Source: Chiloscyllium plagiosum (Eukaryota). Taken from it: a stretch of DNA of 37,742 nt. Shown in pieces: positions 12,369 to 23,993 of the stretch (positions are counted from its first letter, which is position 1; each line of letters opens with the position of its first letter). The stretch is from contig NC_057756.1 in NCBI RefSeq assembly GCF_004010195.1, forward strand, positions 5,813,956 through 5,851,697. The letters are read 5' to 3'. The translations under genes and the position numbers were made by a program. Under the pieces are notes generated by a model that was not told the DNA's origin, made no database searches, and saw nothing but the letters and a program-made list of their open reading frames with translations.

Positions 12369-13118
12369 TGTTATGAAGTTGAAAGCATGTACTGTACCTT
12401 TAAGAGAGTGTGAATGCTGTTCTGAACTGAGAGCTGACAAGCGCCTGTCATATGACTAAATGGCAGTCTCAGAGTGTACTGGGAAATTGAAACTATGTAA
12501 CATTTGGCTGTGAAATGGATACCTGAGTTGGTTGCTGTTTTGACAACAATTCAAATGTAACCAATCAATTTAAATTATGCCTCAGGATACTAAAACCCAA
12601 TCGAGTTTGAATTTATTGTTTTGCCAACATCAAACCAATGGGACGATCCAATGTTGGGAATGCAAAAATGCAGACGTTTTAAAAATCGGACTGAGCAACT
12701 GCCATCAACACAGATCCAAACTAGGAAACACTCTCTATCAAAAGGTACCTTTTCATATGAAACATATTCACAGTAAAAAGAAAGATGATGACTCAGGGAA
12801 ATCTTCAGCTAGAAGAAGAAAGACAGCGGCTGTGTGGTTTTGAAATTAAGTCGATGTGATTTTAATAAGTGTTTTATTGGAACAGCATATTGTTATAGAG
12901 CTGGAGGCAGATTGTAAGCAGTTAAGAGAACAGGGGGCTAAGAGCTGTAAATAGTTGTTATTTAATGTTCAATTTGAAGAATAAATTGATATTATTTTCT
13001 TCAAATAGTGGAATTTGGGAGTTCTCTGTCACTCACACTTTAACAGATTACGAGGGGAGGTGATCTTTTCTGGGTGTTTGGTTTAACTAACAGAGGGGTT
13101 CACCTCCGTGTCGTAACA
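12369..13118 (+). mobile_element. 5' LTR (750 bp) of a Gypsy element
   Basis: TGTTA...TAACA termini; followed by tgggggcttgggtctgggat, a degenerate tRNA-Pro PBS (TGGGGGCTCGTCCGGGAT). Confidence 0.8.
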
Positions 13119-15546
13119 GCTTGGGGGCTTGGGTCTGGGATTTGGACAGATCCAGTCTGAGATTTGGACAGATTTGAACAGTTTGGAGAACGAAAGATCG
13201 CAGCAGATTTAAACACTGGCTGATTAGTGTCCTAAATCTTTAAATAAAACGGAGGCGAGATAATTTATATAATTTTGGTTACTTGCGTTTGGTTAAATTA
13301 AAAATGAGGAAAATAGCTCTTAACATTGCAAAAGAGATTCTGGGGTTTGAAGATGCTTCCCAAGGTTGCCAAGAGTGTTTAGAAATACAGTGAAAGGCCA
13401 TACTTTTGGATTGAGCAAATAGGTTAGAATTGGGTCTAACAAGGGACAAAAGGAAAGCTGAAAGTGTAATGGAGCTAGTCAAGCACTTGGGTGTGTCAGA
13501 GAAACAGGAAAGTGCAGGAGAGTTAGAAAAACTTAAATTACAATTGAGGCAAATGGAGTTAGAAGATAAATAAATGGAGAGAAGAGTGATGTTAGATGAA
13601 AGAAAGAAAGAAAGAGAGAGACAGGAACAGAAACAAAGAGAGAAAGAAAGATGAGAAAAAAGAGAGAGAAAGTTCTCAGCTGAGGAAAGAAAGAAGAAAG
13701 CAAAAGGAGAAAGGGAGAGAGAATTTGAACCTCTGAAGTTGTGAATCAGTCAGGAAGGTAAACAGGATAGAGATGACGAGAGAAGGTAGCGATGTATACA
13801 AATATGTCAAAACTGCCACATCTTGATGAGAAAGATGTTGAATCCTTCTTTATTTCATTTGAAAAATCAGCTGGGCAGCTGGAGTAGTCAGACAACTCGT
13901 AGAGAAATGCTAGTTCAGACGAAGCTGGTAGGCAGAGATCGTGAGGTATTTGCCGCGCTGTCAGGTGAAGCGTCAAGAGACCATACAGATTCAAACAGGC
14001 GATTTTGAGTGCTTATGAATTGGTACCAGAAACGTATAGACTGTGATTAAGAAACAAAAAAGGAACCAGGTCAGAGTCATGTTGAGATCGAAAGAAGTAA
14101 ACATAGTCATTTTGATAGTTGGGTGCGATGGTAAGAATTTGTGTGGATGAACAGAAAGTTCAGGAAGTGATCAGAGCAGCACAGATGGCAGATGAATATA
14201 CATTAGTGTATAAGGCAAAATATAGATTCCGTCAGGAATTTCATCCTGTGAGGGATAGAAATTGGGAGAAGGGGAGATCCTATACTACAAAACAAAGAGT
14301 AGAGCACACAGGGGAAAGCTTACCACAGGTTAAAAAAAAACCCAAGAGGGGGGAAGGAGGTGAAAGGCCTCAGCTGTTTTCACTGTAATGGGGTGGGACA
14401 CAGGACATTACAGTGCTGGTGGGTCAGGAAGGACACTGGGAAAAGGGGTTTTCACTGTAATGGGGTGGGACACAGGACATTAGAGTGCTGGTGGGTCAGG
14501 AAGGGCACTGGGAAAAGGGGTTTTCACTGCCAGAAGGTGAGACACATTAAGTCACAGTGCTGGTCATTAAAGAAAGGCATTGTGGGAAAAGTGGTGGTAA
14601 AAGATGTTAAGCCAGTGGCCTTAGTGAAGGTAGTGCAGGAGACCCCACGAAGAGCCGAGGAGCTGCAGGAGAGTGCACAGCCCAGGCTGGGGCTGGGAAT
14701 GGATATAGTGCCCGATCTCTATAAAGAATCCACCTCTATGCGTAAAGTTTACTCTGAAAGAACAGGGGGAGAACGACAAGAAGTTATAATTTAGAGAGAT
14801 GCGGATCTAATTAATCTGTAATAGTAAGAAATGAACATATGTGCTCTCTCTCTGACCTCTTACCCAAGAGAGTAGTAATTTGTGGGATAGATGGACAGAA
14901 ATGAAGCGTTCCCCTCCAAAAGATCAGGTTGGAGAGCCAACTCAGGGGTCCGGAAGTAACAGTGGGAGTGATCGACAGAGTGTTAGTTCCAGGAATGCAG
15001 TTTGTTATTGGGAACAGCAGGATTTAGCAGGACCCAAGTGGGAGTGACACCCCTTGTTGTGGAGAAGCCCAAGAAAGACCAGGGAACTGAGGAGTTAAAC
15101 GAAAAGTACCCTGGAATTTTGCCAGACTGTGTAGTAACCAGATCCCACTATCATAAGTCACAGCACGAAGCAAAAATTAAAGAGAAAGACGAAGGAGTTG
15201 AGGATCAGTTAGCGGACACCCTGTTTGATGTAATGGTACAGGAACACCCTGAACAGGTGGAGGGTCAGGCAGAGGTGTTTAGGCCTGAAAGGCTAATGGA
15301 CCTACAACAGAAAGATGAGACAATAAGTATATATATATATATATTGAAGCAGACTCTGAAAAGGAGGCAGAGAATATTCCTGAGGGTTATTATCTTAAAG
15401 ACAGAATGCTACGACAAAAATGGGGACCATGGCAGGTTTAGTGCAGAGGAGAAATGGGCGGAAGTGCATCAAATTGTGTTAGTGGTAGCATCCAGACAGA
15501 AGGGGTTATGGGTAGCACATGAACTACGAGTGGGAGGTCACCCAGG
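13119..15546 (+). mobile_element. Gmr1-like Gypsy internal region (gag, CCHC knuckles, protease remnant, integrase N-terminus); defective, runs into a gap
   Basis: DEKDVESFFISFEK, LVQTKLVGR, CFHCNGVGHRTLQC, LRDxGS-like remnant near 14790, CVVTRS, then VAHELRVGGH (integrase zinc-binding region) with no RT between. Confidence 0.8.
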
Positions 15547-16609
15547 NNNNNNNNNNNNNNNNNNNNNNNNNNNNNNNNNNNNNNNNNNNNNNNNNNNNNN
15601 NNNNNNNNNNNNNNNNNNNNNNNNNNNNNNNNNNNNNNNNNNNNNNNNNNNNNNNNNNNNNNNNNNNNNNNNNNNNNNNNNNNNNNNNNNNNNNNNNNNN
15701 NNNNNNNNNNNNNNNNNNNNNNNNNNNNNNNNNNNNNNNNNNNNNNNNNNNNNNNNNNNNNNNNNNNNNNNNNNNNNNNNNNNNNNNNNNNNNNNNNNNN
15801 NNNNNNNNNNNNNNNNNNNNNNNNNNNNNNNNNNNNNNNNNNNNNNNNNNNNNNNNNNNNNNNNNNNNNNNNNNNNNNNNNNNNNNNNNNNNNNNNNNNN
15901 NNNNNNNNNNNNNNNNNNNNNNNNNNNNNNNNNNNNNNNNNNNNNNNNNNNNNNNNNNNNNNNNNNNNNNNNNNNNNNNNNNNNNNNNNNNNNNNNNNNN
16001 NNNNNNNNNNNNNNNNNNNNNNNNNNNNNNNNNNNNNNNNNNNNNNTTAACTTCCTGTGGGTAAGACACCCTGAGGCAGTTGGGAGAAAACCCCAGTCTG
16101 TTAGAAGGGAGGTTTGAGTTACAGGCCCAGAACTCAGCAGGATTGGAGTGTGATTGCGTTCGGTGCATTGTGTAAGGCCCAAGGATAGCGATGAGGCTGT
16201 CTGGGAAACATCATGAGATCATGGAAGGCCTAGGCTTGGCCATAACACTGCCCATCATTGACCATCCAGTCACATGATGAATCGGACTGGCCGTGTCTTT
16301 AATTAAGGAGACGACTGGTCTGCCATTTCCAATGGGAGGCTGGAAACAAATGTGTAAAGGTTTCTGTCTTTCCTTCACTCATTAAAAAGACGTTTCTACA
16401 TCCCCCAGAGGGCTCTTCCCACTGGAGTTATTTTAATAAACTCTTCAACGCTGGCAGAGTGATCTATTCAGTCACTTCGCCCCAGCAGTCGCTAAAGTTA
16501 GTTTACCCGGGGACCTCCTCCCCACAGCCTCCCAGCTCCAACCCCATCGAGAGAGTCAGCCCTTCAGCTCAAACTGTCCGTACATCCCCTTTCGATCTTC
16601 GTCCTCAAA

Positions 16610-16850
16610 TCCGCACACAGCACTGTCCGGGTAGAGCTGTTGTTTGACCCATGGAACGTACCTCTTCCTGCCTCATATCGATTTCTTTTCCCCCCTTGTC
16701 CAGTCCTTACATCCACAATTCCGACGACGCGTTACGTCAGTTTCAGAATTCCGAGTTTCCTGTTGCTTCCTCTTATCCATGGACGTGCAATTCCTTTCCA
16801 CGTCCGTCCCCTATCGGGATGGTCTCAGGCCTCTCTGTGTCTGCTGGAGA
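16610..16850 (+). mobile_element. Old PLE RT fragment
   Basis: SPLVQSL...LLSMDVQFLSTSVPYRDGLRPL is homologous to MDIQSLYTSIPHHEGLKAL at 3432. Confidence 0.7.
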
Positions 16851-16880
16851 AAAGGCCCTATAAGGTACGTTGCCTATTAC

Positions 16881-17010
16881 ATGATTCGGAGATGCCGGTG
16901 TTGGACTGGGGTGTACAAAGTTAAAAATCACACAACACCAGGTTATAGTCCTACAGGTTTAATTGGAAGCACCCTAGCTTTCGGAGCGACGCTCCTTCAT
17001 CAGGTGGTTC
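16881..17010 (-). mobile_element. Third PLE-family terminal fragment with a hammerhead core (16971-17008)
   Basis: Minus strand CUGAUGA-A-GGAGC(GUC)GCUCC-GAAA-GCUA with AGCU palindrome; a homologous truncated copy at 24242-24356 (+). Confidence 0.7.
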
Positions 17011-17121
17011 ACAACCTAAAAAGCACGTGCTTCCAATTAAATTGTTAACTTTGCCTATTACAGCGTCACATTGTAATACTGTCCTCACACCATTGTGAGG
17101 CGCTGTTGCACCACCTTTTTT

Positions 17122-17440
17122 TAGATTAGATTACTTACAGTGTGGAAACAGGCCCTTCGGCCCAACAAGTCCACACTGACTCGCCGAAGCGCAACCCACC
17201 CATACCCCTACATTTACCCCTTTACCTAACACTACGGGCAATTTAGCCTGGCCAATTCACCTGACCGGCACATTTTTTTGTTTGGACTGTGGGAGGATAC
17301 CGGAGCACCCGGAGGAAACCCACGCAGACACAGGGAGAACGTGCAAACTCCACGCAGTCAGTTGCCTGAGGTGGGAATTGAACCCGGGTCTCAGGCGCTG
17401 TGAGGCAGCAGCGCTAACCACTGTGCCACCGTGCCGCCCC
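17122..17440 (-). mobile_element. V-SINE (HE1-like)
   Basis: Full tRNA head, V-domain and tail. Confidence 0.9.
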
Positions 17441-17699
17441 AACTTTGTGAGGAGAATTCAAATTCAAAAGGGCAGCAGGGTTAATGGTACACATCTGAGG
17501 TATAAGTGGAAGGTCACAAAGTGTGGTGCTGAAATTGATGACAAACTCCACGTGTGCGTGGCCTGGATCTACTCTGTCACTGGATCTTCCTAATTCCAAA
17601 CCGTCACCAACATTTAGATTAAAGCTACGTGCACACTTAGTCTGCAAGACCTTCCTCAGACTCGTGTCTTTGCATATTGTGATTATAATTGTAATAATT

Positions 17700-18400
17700 G
17701 AGTCATGCAGTCCTTTGGCCCAACCAGTCCATGCCGGACGTAATCCCAAACTAATCTAGTCCCACCTGCCTGCACTTGGCCCATATCCCTCCAAACTTTT
17801 CCTCTTCATGTCCTTGTCCAGATGTCATTTGCATGTTGCTAGTGTCCCCACATGCACCACTTCCCTAGGAAGTTCATCTTACACATGAACCACTCTCTGT
17901 AAAACATCGTTTCTCACGTCTTTTTTAAATCTTGCTCCGTTCACTTTAAACTGTACCCTCTCATCTTGACCTTCCCCCCCCCCGTCGCCGGGGGAAAAGA
18001 CACCTACATTCACCTTAGCTACACCCCTCCTGGTTTTATAAACCTCCCTAAGGTCACCCCCTTCAACCTCCTGCACTCCAGTTAAAAAAAAAACCCAGCC
18101 TATCCGGCCTCTCCTTATGGCTCCAACCCTCCAACATCCTGGTAAATCTCTTCCTAACACTCTGCAGCGTATTAATATCCTTCCTATAACAGGGAGACCA
18201 GAACTGCACACAGTACTCCTGAAGAGGTCTCACCGACATCCTGTCCAACCTCAACATAATGTCCCAACTCCGGCACTCAACTTAATGAAGGCAGCGTGCT
18301 AAAGGCCTTCTGAAATACCCTATCCATATGTGATGTAAACTTCAAAGAATTATGTGCCGAACCCCTGCTTGTTCTGCAACCCTGCCACTACTTTTAATTG
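17700..18400 (-). mobile_element. CR1 3' fragment
   Basis: VRPLQEYCVQFWSPCYRKDI...RFTRML motif plus 3'UTR. Confidence 0.85.
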
Positions 18401-18744
18401 GAAAAGTGCTGTCCTTGTTTGTTTGATCAGAATGCTAGATTGTCAGCGTGTTTCATTCTCCCCAGCTGTACAATGGCTAAACTGTAATGTTCGCCTGAAC
18501 CAATGACATGGCTCAAGGTGAGTTTGCTACGAGTGGACACATTCCCTCTTCCCTCCAGCCCGTTGGGATAGTTTGACACGCGGCACTGTTACATTGGTCC
18601 TGATCCAAGCGTGTTGGCAGACATCACGAACCTGTCTCTCTCTCTCTTCAACAGAGATAGAATCGTCGTCGTGCAGAACGGTGTCCCACCCAACCCCTGT
18701 AACCATGTCTCACCCACCGAGCCTACACGTCACTCGCCACTATG

Positions 18745-19061
18745 GACGGCACGGTGGCACAGTGGTTAGCACTGCTGCCTCGCAGCGCCAGAGACCCGGG
18801 TTCAATTCCCGACTCAGGCGACTGACTGTGTGGAGTTTGCACGTTCTCCCCGTGTCTGCGTGGGTTTCCTCCGGGGGCTCCGGTTTCCTCCCACAGTCCA
18901 AAGATGTGCAAGTCAGGTGAATTGGCCATGCTAAATTGCCCGTAGTGTTAGGTAAAGGGGTAAATGTAGGGGTATGGGTGGGTTACGCTTCGGCGGGTCG
19001 GTGTGGACTTGTTGGGCCGAAGGGCCTGTTTCCACACTGTAAGTAATCTAATCTAATCTAA
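18745..19061 (+). mobile_element. V-SINE (HE1-like), full length
   Basis: Head, V-domain, (aatct)n tail; flanking actatggac at 18739-18747 and 19062-19070. Confidence 0.92.
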
Positions 19062-19234
19062 ACTATGGACAATTTAGTGTGAAGATTAGAGCAGTGCTGG
19101 AAAAGCACAGCAGGTCAGGCAGCGTCTGAGGGAGCAGGAAAATTGCTGTTTTGGGCAAAAGCCCTTCATCAGGACTCTAAGCTCCAGCACCCACTTCTAC
19201 CCCGCTGATTTTAACCTTACTGTAATTTAGCATG

Positions 19235-19453
19235 GCTGGAAATGTGTTGCTGGAAAAGCGCAGCAGGTCAGGCAGCATCCAGGGAACAGGAGAATCGCTG
19301 CCAGAATGGCACACTTCCCTCATTCCTGAAGAAGGGCTCATGCCCGAAACGTCGATTCTCCTGTTCCCTGGATGCTGCCTGACCTGCTGCGCTTTTCCAG
19401 CAACACATTTTTCAGCCCTGATCTCCAGCATCTGCAGCCCTCACTTTCTCCTA
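19235..19453. mobile_element. Fold-back PLE terminal insertion with hammerhead core (19321-19358, +), inside older PLE/SINE remnants
   Basis: CUGAAGA-A-GGGC(UCAU)GCCC-GAAA-CGUC; TSD taatttagcatg at 19223-19234 and 19454-19465. Confidence 0.8.
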
Positions 19454-19714
19454 TAATTTAGCATGACCTGCACATCTATGGACTGTAGGAGGAAACAGGA
19501 AGAAACTCACACAGACATGTGGAAAATGTGCAAACTCCACACACACACACACACACACAGTCCCCCAAGGCTGGAATCGAACCCAGGTCCCTAGCGCTGG
19601 GAGGCAGCAGTGCTAACCACTTGTCTAATGGTTACTCTCCGTCCAACTGTGGACAGAAGAAAACAGGAGACTGTTCTCCGTCACCAGGATTGATATTCCT
19701 GAAGGTTACACACT

Positions 19715-19926
19715 CATAGAGTCATAAAGATGTAGGGCATGGAAACAGACCCTTCGGTCCAACCCGTCCATGCCGACCAGATATCCCAACCCAATCTAGT
19801 CCCACCTGCCAGCACCCGGCTCATATCCCTCCAAACCCTTCCTATTCATATACCCATCCAAATGCCTCTTAAATGCTGTAACTGTACCAGCCTCCACCAC
19901 ATCCTCTGGCAGCTCATTCCATACAC
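19715..19926 (-). mobile_element. Young CR1 3' end, near-identical to about 37585-37742
   Basis: aaacagacccttcggtccaacc...cccatccaaatgcctcttaaatg shared by both copies. Confidence 0.8.
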
Positions 19927-20236
19927 NNNNNNNNNNNNNNNNNNNNNNNNNNNNNNNNNNNNNNNNNNNNNNNNNNNNNNNNNNNNNNNNNNNNNNNNNN
20001 NNNNNNNNNNNNNNNNNNNNNNNNNNNNNNNNNNNNNNNNNNNNNNNNNNNNNNNNNNNNNNNNNNNNNNNNNNNNNNNNNNNNNNNNNNNNNNNNNNNN
20101 NNNNNNNNNNNNNNNNNNNNNNNNNNNNNNNNNNNNNNNNNNNNNNNNNNNNNNNNNNNNNNNNNNNNNNNNNNNNNNNNNNNNNNNNNNNNNNNNNNNN
20201 NNNNNNNNNNNNNNNNNNNNNNNNNNNNNNNNNNNN

Positions 20237-20418
20237 TTAGCATGGCCAATTCACCCTAACCTGCACACCTTTGGACTGTGGGAGGAAACCAGAGCACCCG
20301 GAGGAAACCCAAGCAGACACGGGGAGAATGTGCAAACTCCACACAGACAGTCGCCCGAGTTGAACCCGGGTCTCTGGCGCTGTGAGGCAGCAGTGCTAAC
20401 CACTGTGCCACCGTGCCG
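20237..20418 (-). mobile_element. V-SINE 5' half
   Basis: Head and V-domain; 3' part lies in the gap. Confidence 0.85.
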
Positions 20419-20920
20419 AGGGGGTGCAGAGGAGGTTCACTCGGTTGGTTCCGGAGTTGAGGGGGTTGGTTTATGAGGAGAGACTGAGTAGACTGGGATT
20501 ACGTTCATTGGAATGCAGAAGAATGAGAGGGGATCTTATAGAAATATATAAAATTATGAAGAGCATCGATCAAATAGAAATAGAGAGGATGTTTCCACTG
20601 GTGGGTGAGATGAGGACAAGAGGGCATGGCCTCAGGGTTAGAGGAAGCAGGTTTAGAATAAACTGAGAAGGGACTTCTTCACCCAGAGGGTTGTTAAACG
20701 ATGGAATTCCTTGCCCAGGGAAGTAGTCGACGCTACTTCAGTAATCACTTTTAAAGCTAAGGGAGATACTTTTTTTGAAAAATAAAGGAATTAAGGGATA
20801 TGGTGAAAACGCGGGTAAAGTGGAGCTGAGTCCATGAAAGGATTAGCCATGATGTTATTGAGTGGCTGTGCAGGATCGAAGGGGCCGGACGGTCTTCTCC
20901 TGCTCCTGGTTCATGTTCCT
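20419..20920 (+). mobile_element. CR1 3' fragment
   Basis: QRRFTRLVPELRGLVYEERLSRLGL...RGDLIEIYKIMK...TRGH. Confidence 0.88.
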
Positions 20921-20999
20921 ATGAAATCAGCGAGTGGTGAAAACAGCCCCTTTATTCGGCAAGCACAGCACAATTTCAATGCAGCGATAGAATCCCCGA

Positions 21000-21465
21000 A
21001 GAGGAGAGAGTGAGGACTGCAGAAACTGGAGATCAGAGTCGAAACGTGTGGCGCTGGAATACCACAGCCAGCCAGGCAACATCCAAGGAGCAGGAGAGTC
21101 AGTGTTCTGGGCATTCCTGCACCACATTTCTCAGTTGTTACGAGAGCCCCTTTATTCACAGTTCTTACAAGATAGTCTGCCTAGTCTCCTGGACGGGGTG
21201 CGGACTTAGCAAGTGCTCACTCTGTCAATCTCATTGAAGTGAAACAGCAGCGGGGAGGGGCTTCAGTAATACTGCAGGCCCCTTACACACATGGGGGGTG
21301 GGTGTGTGTGTCTGCTCAGAAACAAACCCTGAGACAGAGAGAGGCAGCCCTTCCTGATGAAGGGCTTTTACCCGAAACGCCGACTCTCCTGCTCCTCGGA
21401 TGCTGCTTGACCCTGCTGTGCTTCTCCAGCATCACTCTAATCTTGACTCTAATCTCCAGCATCTG
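21000..21465. mobile_element. Scrambled PLE terminal remnants; hammerhead-like core at 21352-21385 with a mutated cleavage triplet (GCC)
   Basis: cctgatgaagggcttttacccgaaacgccg. Confidence 0.6.
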
Positions 21466-21469
21466 CCGA

Positions 21470-21604
21470 GATGGAGCAAGGCAGGCAGAACGAGGGAAAA
21501 CTCCGAATCCCAGAGGAGAGGCATTGAATCGGTTATCCGAATAATCAATTGTCCAAACAAAATACAGTCCACCATCTCGTTCGGATAATCGAGGTTCCTC
21601 TATA
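21470..21604. mobile_element. Possible Tigger/pogo-type DNA transposon end
   Basis: ggataatcgaggttcctctata resembles the reverse of a CAGxxGAACCTCGATTATCCG terminal inverted repeat, with an internal ttatccgaa echo; partner end not seen. Confidence 0.45.
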
Positions 21605-21627
21605 TTAAAATTCCATTAGGCTGTGTT

Positions 21628-21942
21628 GGGGCGGTATTATAGCTCAGCAGTTAGCACTGCTGTCTCATGGCACCAGGGACCCGGGTTCAATTCCTGCCTC
21701 GGGTGACTGTGAGCAATTTGCACATTCTCCCCGTGTCTGCGTGGGTTTCCTCCGGTTTCCTCCCACAGTCCAAAGATGTGCAGGTCAGGGTGAATTGGCC
21801 ACGCTAAATTGCATGTGGCAGTAGGTGCATTAGTCAGGGTGAATGTAGGGGAATGGGTTTGGGTGAGTTGCTCCTCGGAGGGTCGGTGTGGACTTGTTGG
21901 GCCGAAGGGCCTGTTTCCACACTGCAGGGAATCTGATCTAAT
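21628..21942 (+). mobile_element. V-SINE, older subfamily
   Basis: Head, V-domain with a short deletion, tail. Confidence 0.85.
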
Positions 21943-22955
21943 CCGTGGTACATAAAGGTTTGAAGGACCTCTGCCTTGGGAGACAGGAGATGGGTTATAT
22001 GTGCTAAATGCTATTTCTGATGGGATCAAGAGTGTGTGGCTGGTCTGCTTGCATACCTAAGTGTTGTTCGTCCTTTTGTCTTTCAAGTTAGTAAAACTAC
22101 GAGGCCTATATGCTCTAAATAAATTAAAAATTGTACCTTTTACTTAATAAAAGCCTGATGACTGCAGTTGAATTGTGAGATTTGTTTCGTATTTACCGGT
22201 CTGCGTTTCATTCATTCATGCAGTATCATGGAAGCGCTGTTTCTTCAAGGGACAATGGCCCAGTTAAAAAGGTATTTAACAGGTACTTCCTAATCAGGGA
22301 ATCTATTCAGGTCCAGGAGACGGTAGGTAAGGGCTGATTAATAAGGTAAAAACAATGACTGCAGATGCTGGAAACCAGATTCTGGATCAATGGTGTTGGA
22401 AGAGCACAGTAGTTCAGGCAGGAGATGGTAGGTAAGGGCTGATTAATGTTATAATGTTCCATGGTGACTTGGTGGGGGCTGTATTGTTTCCGATATTGAC
22501 ACCTGTTCAGCAGTAGCTATGCCTGATCAGGTGTGAAAACACAGTAATGTGTTTGAAAGGGCTGTTTTAGTTAGAAAGAGTTGCTGGAATTTGGTCCATC
22601 TTGTGATAGTAAAATAGAATATAGAATTTTATGAATGAATGAATAAAGCTGTGTTATAGTGAACAACGGGTTAGTAAAGGGTTATGAATGGATGAACCGG
22701 AACCCGATGTTAATGAATACAGCATGCTGTTGAGTGATTTAGTAAAGATTACCTAAAACACAATATCTCACAGTCCCCCCCGCTCTTTGATTCCACCGAC
22801 ATCTTTCGAACAGAATCACACAATTCTTATCCTGGCTTACAGACTTTTGATAAATTGAAAACTACACTTTACAAAGAGCAAACATGCACAGTTGGCGTAA
22901 CAGTAACAAGCATCAGGGTGGTCAGTCAGTCCCTGGTCCCATTGTACTTTTTTTT

Positions 22956-23266
22956 TAGATTAGATTCCTTACAGTGTGGAAACAGGCCCTTCGGCCCAAC
23001 AAGTCTGCACCGACCCACCGAAGAGTAACCCACCCATTCCCCTACATTTACCCCTTACCTAACACTACGGGCAATTTAGCATGGCCAATTCACCTGACCT
23101 GCACATCTTTGGACTGTGGGAGGAAACCGGAGCACCCGGAGGAAACCCACGCAGACACGGGGAGAACGTGCAAACTCCACACAGTCAGTCGCCTGAGGCG
23201 GGAATTGAACCCCGGTCTCTGGCGCTGTGAGGCAGCAGTGCTAACCACTGTGCCACCGTGCCGCCC
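22956..23266 (-). mobile_element. V-SINE inserted in the ERV
   Basis: Full-length copy. Confidence 0.92.
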
Positions 23267-23761
23267 AAACTGTGAAAGGTCCATCAGATGTGGGAGGCAT
23301 GAATCCAGACCTCCTTTCCTCAGCCCTGGTATGGGGGTCCTTTCCCACTTCCCATCTGCGGGGGGTGGGGGGGGGTCCTTCTGGGTCTTTTTCACAGGAA
23401 CCCACTTGCCTAGTATGGTGTCGGGACCTCCATCTGGCAGGGCTATTCCAGGCAGCTGATGCCCAGGGAGGGAGCAGACTGCACAGCCTCGGTTAGTACT
23501 TTGTGTGGGACGATAATGACAGTCTGCAGCACACCGGGAGCCTGTGTAAACGTTGGCGGCCTGATCCTCTGCTGTTCTGCAGGCTTCAGTCAGAGCCCAT
23601 AATTCTGAGGGCTGTACAGGCTTCCCAATACCAAGACAGCTGTGGAATGGCGTGACCGAATTTCCCATGATCCATTTCCCACAGGGCCACACTGGGCTGT
23701 TAGAGGTACTGTGGGTTTTTAATTCAAGTCCCTTTTTCCTGCTTGGTACAAGGTAAAGGTG

Positions 23762-23993
23762 AAAATGTGTCGCTGGAAAAGCGCAGCAGGTCAGGCAGCA
23801 TCCAAGGAGCAGGAGAATCGACGTTTCGGGCATGAGCCCTTCTTCAGGAATGATTCCTTCCTCATTCCTGAAGAAGGGCTCATGCCCGAAACGTCGATTC
23901 TCCTGCTCCTTGGATGCTGCCTGACCTGCTGCGCTTTTCCAGCGACACATTTTTCAGCTCCGATCTCCAGCATCTGCAGTCCTCACTCTCTCC
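23762..23993. mobile_element. Fold-back PLE terminal insertion: perfect 92-bp inverted repeat with back-to-back hammerhead cores
   Basis: Arms 23762-23853 and 23862-23953, 8-nt spacer; TSD acaaggta(a/g)aggtg at 23748-23761 and 23994-24007. Confidence 0.9.

Noticed and set aside
18745..18815. tRNA gene
   Set aside because: A/B-box head of a V-SINE; always followed by the V-domain and tail in many copies.
23090..23950. 286-aa ORF as a host gene
   Set aside because: Chance read-through across a PLE palindrome, ERV pol remnants and a SINE.
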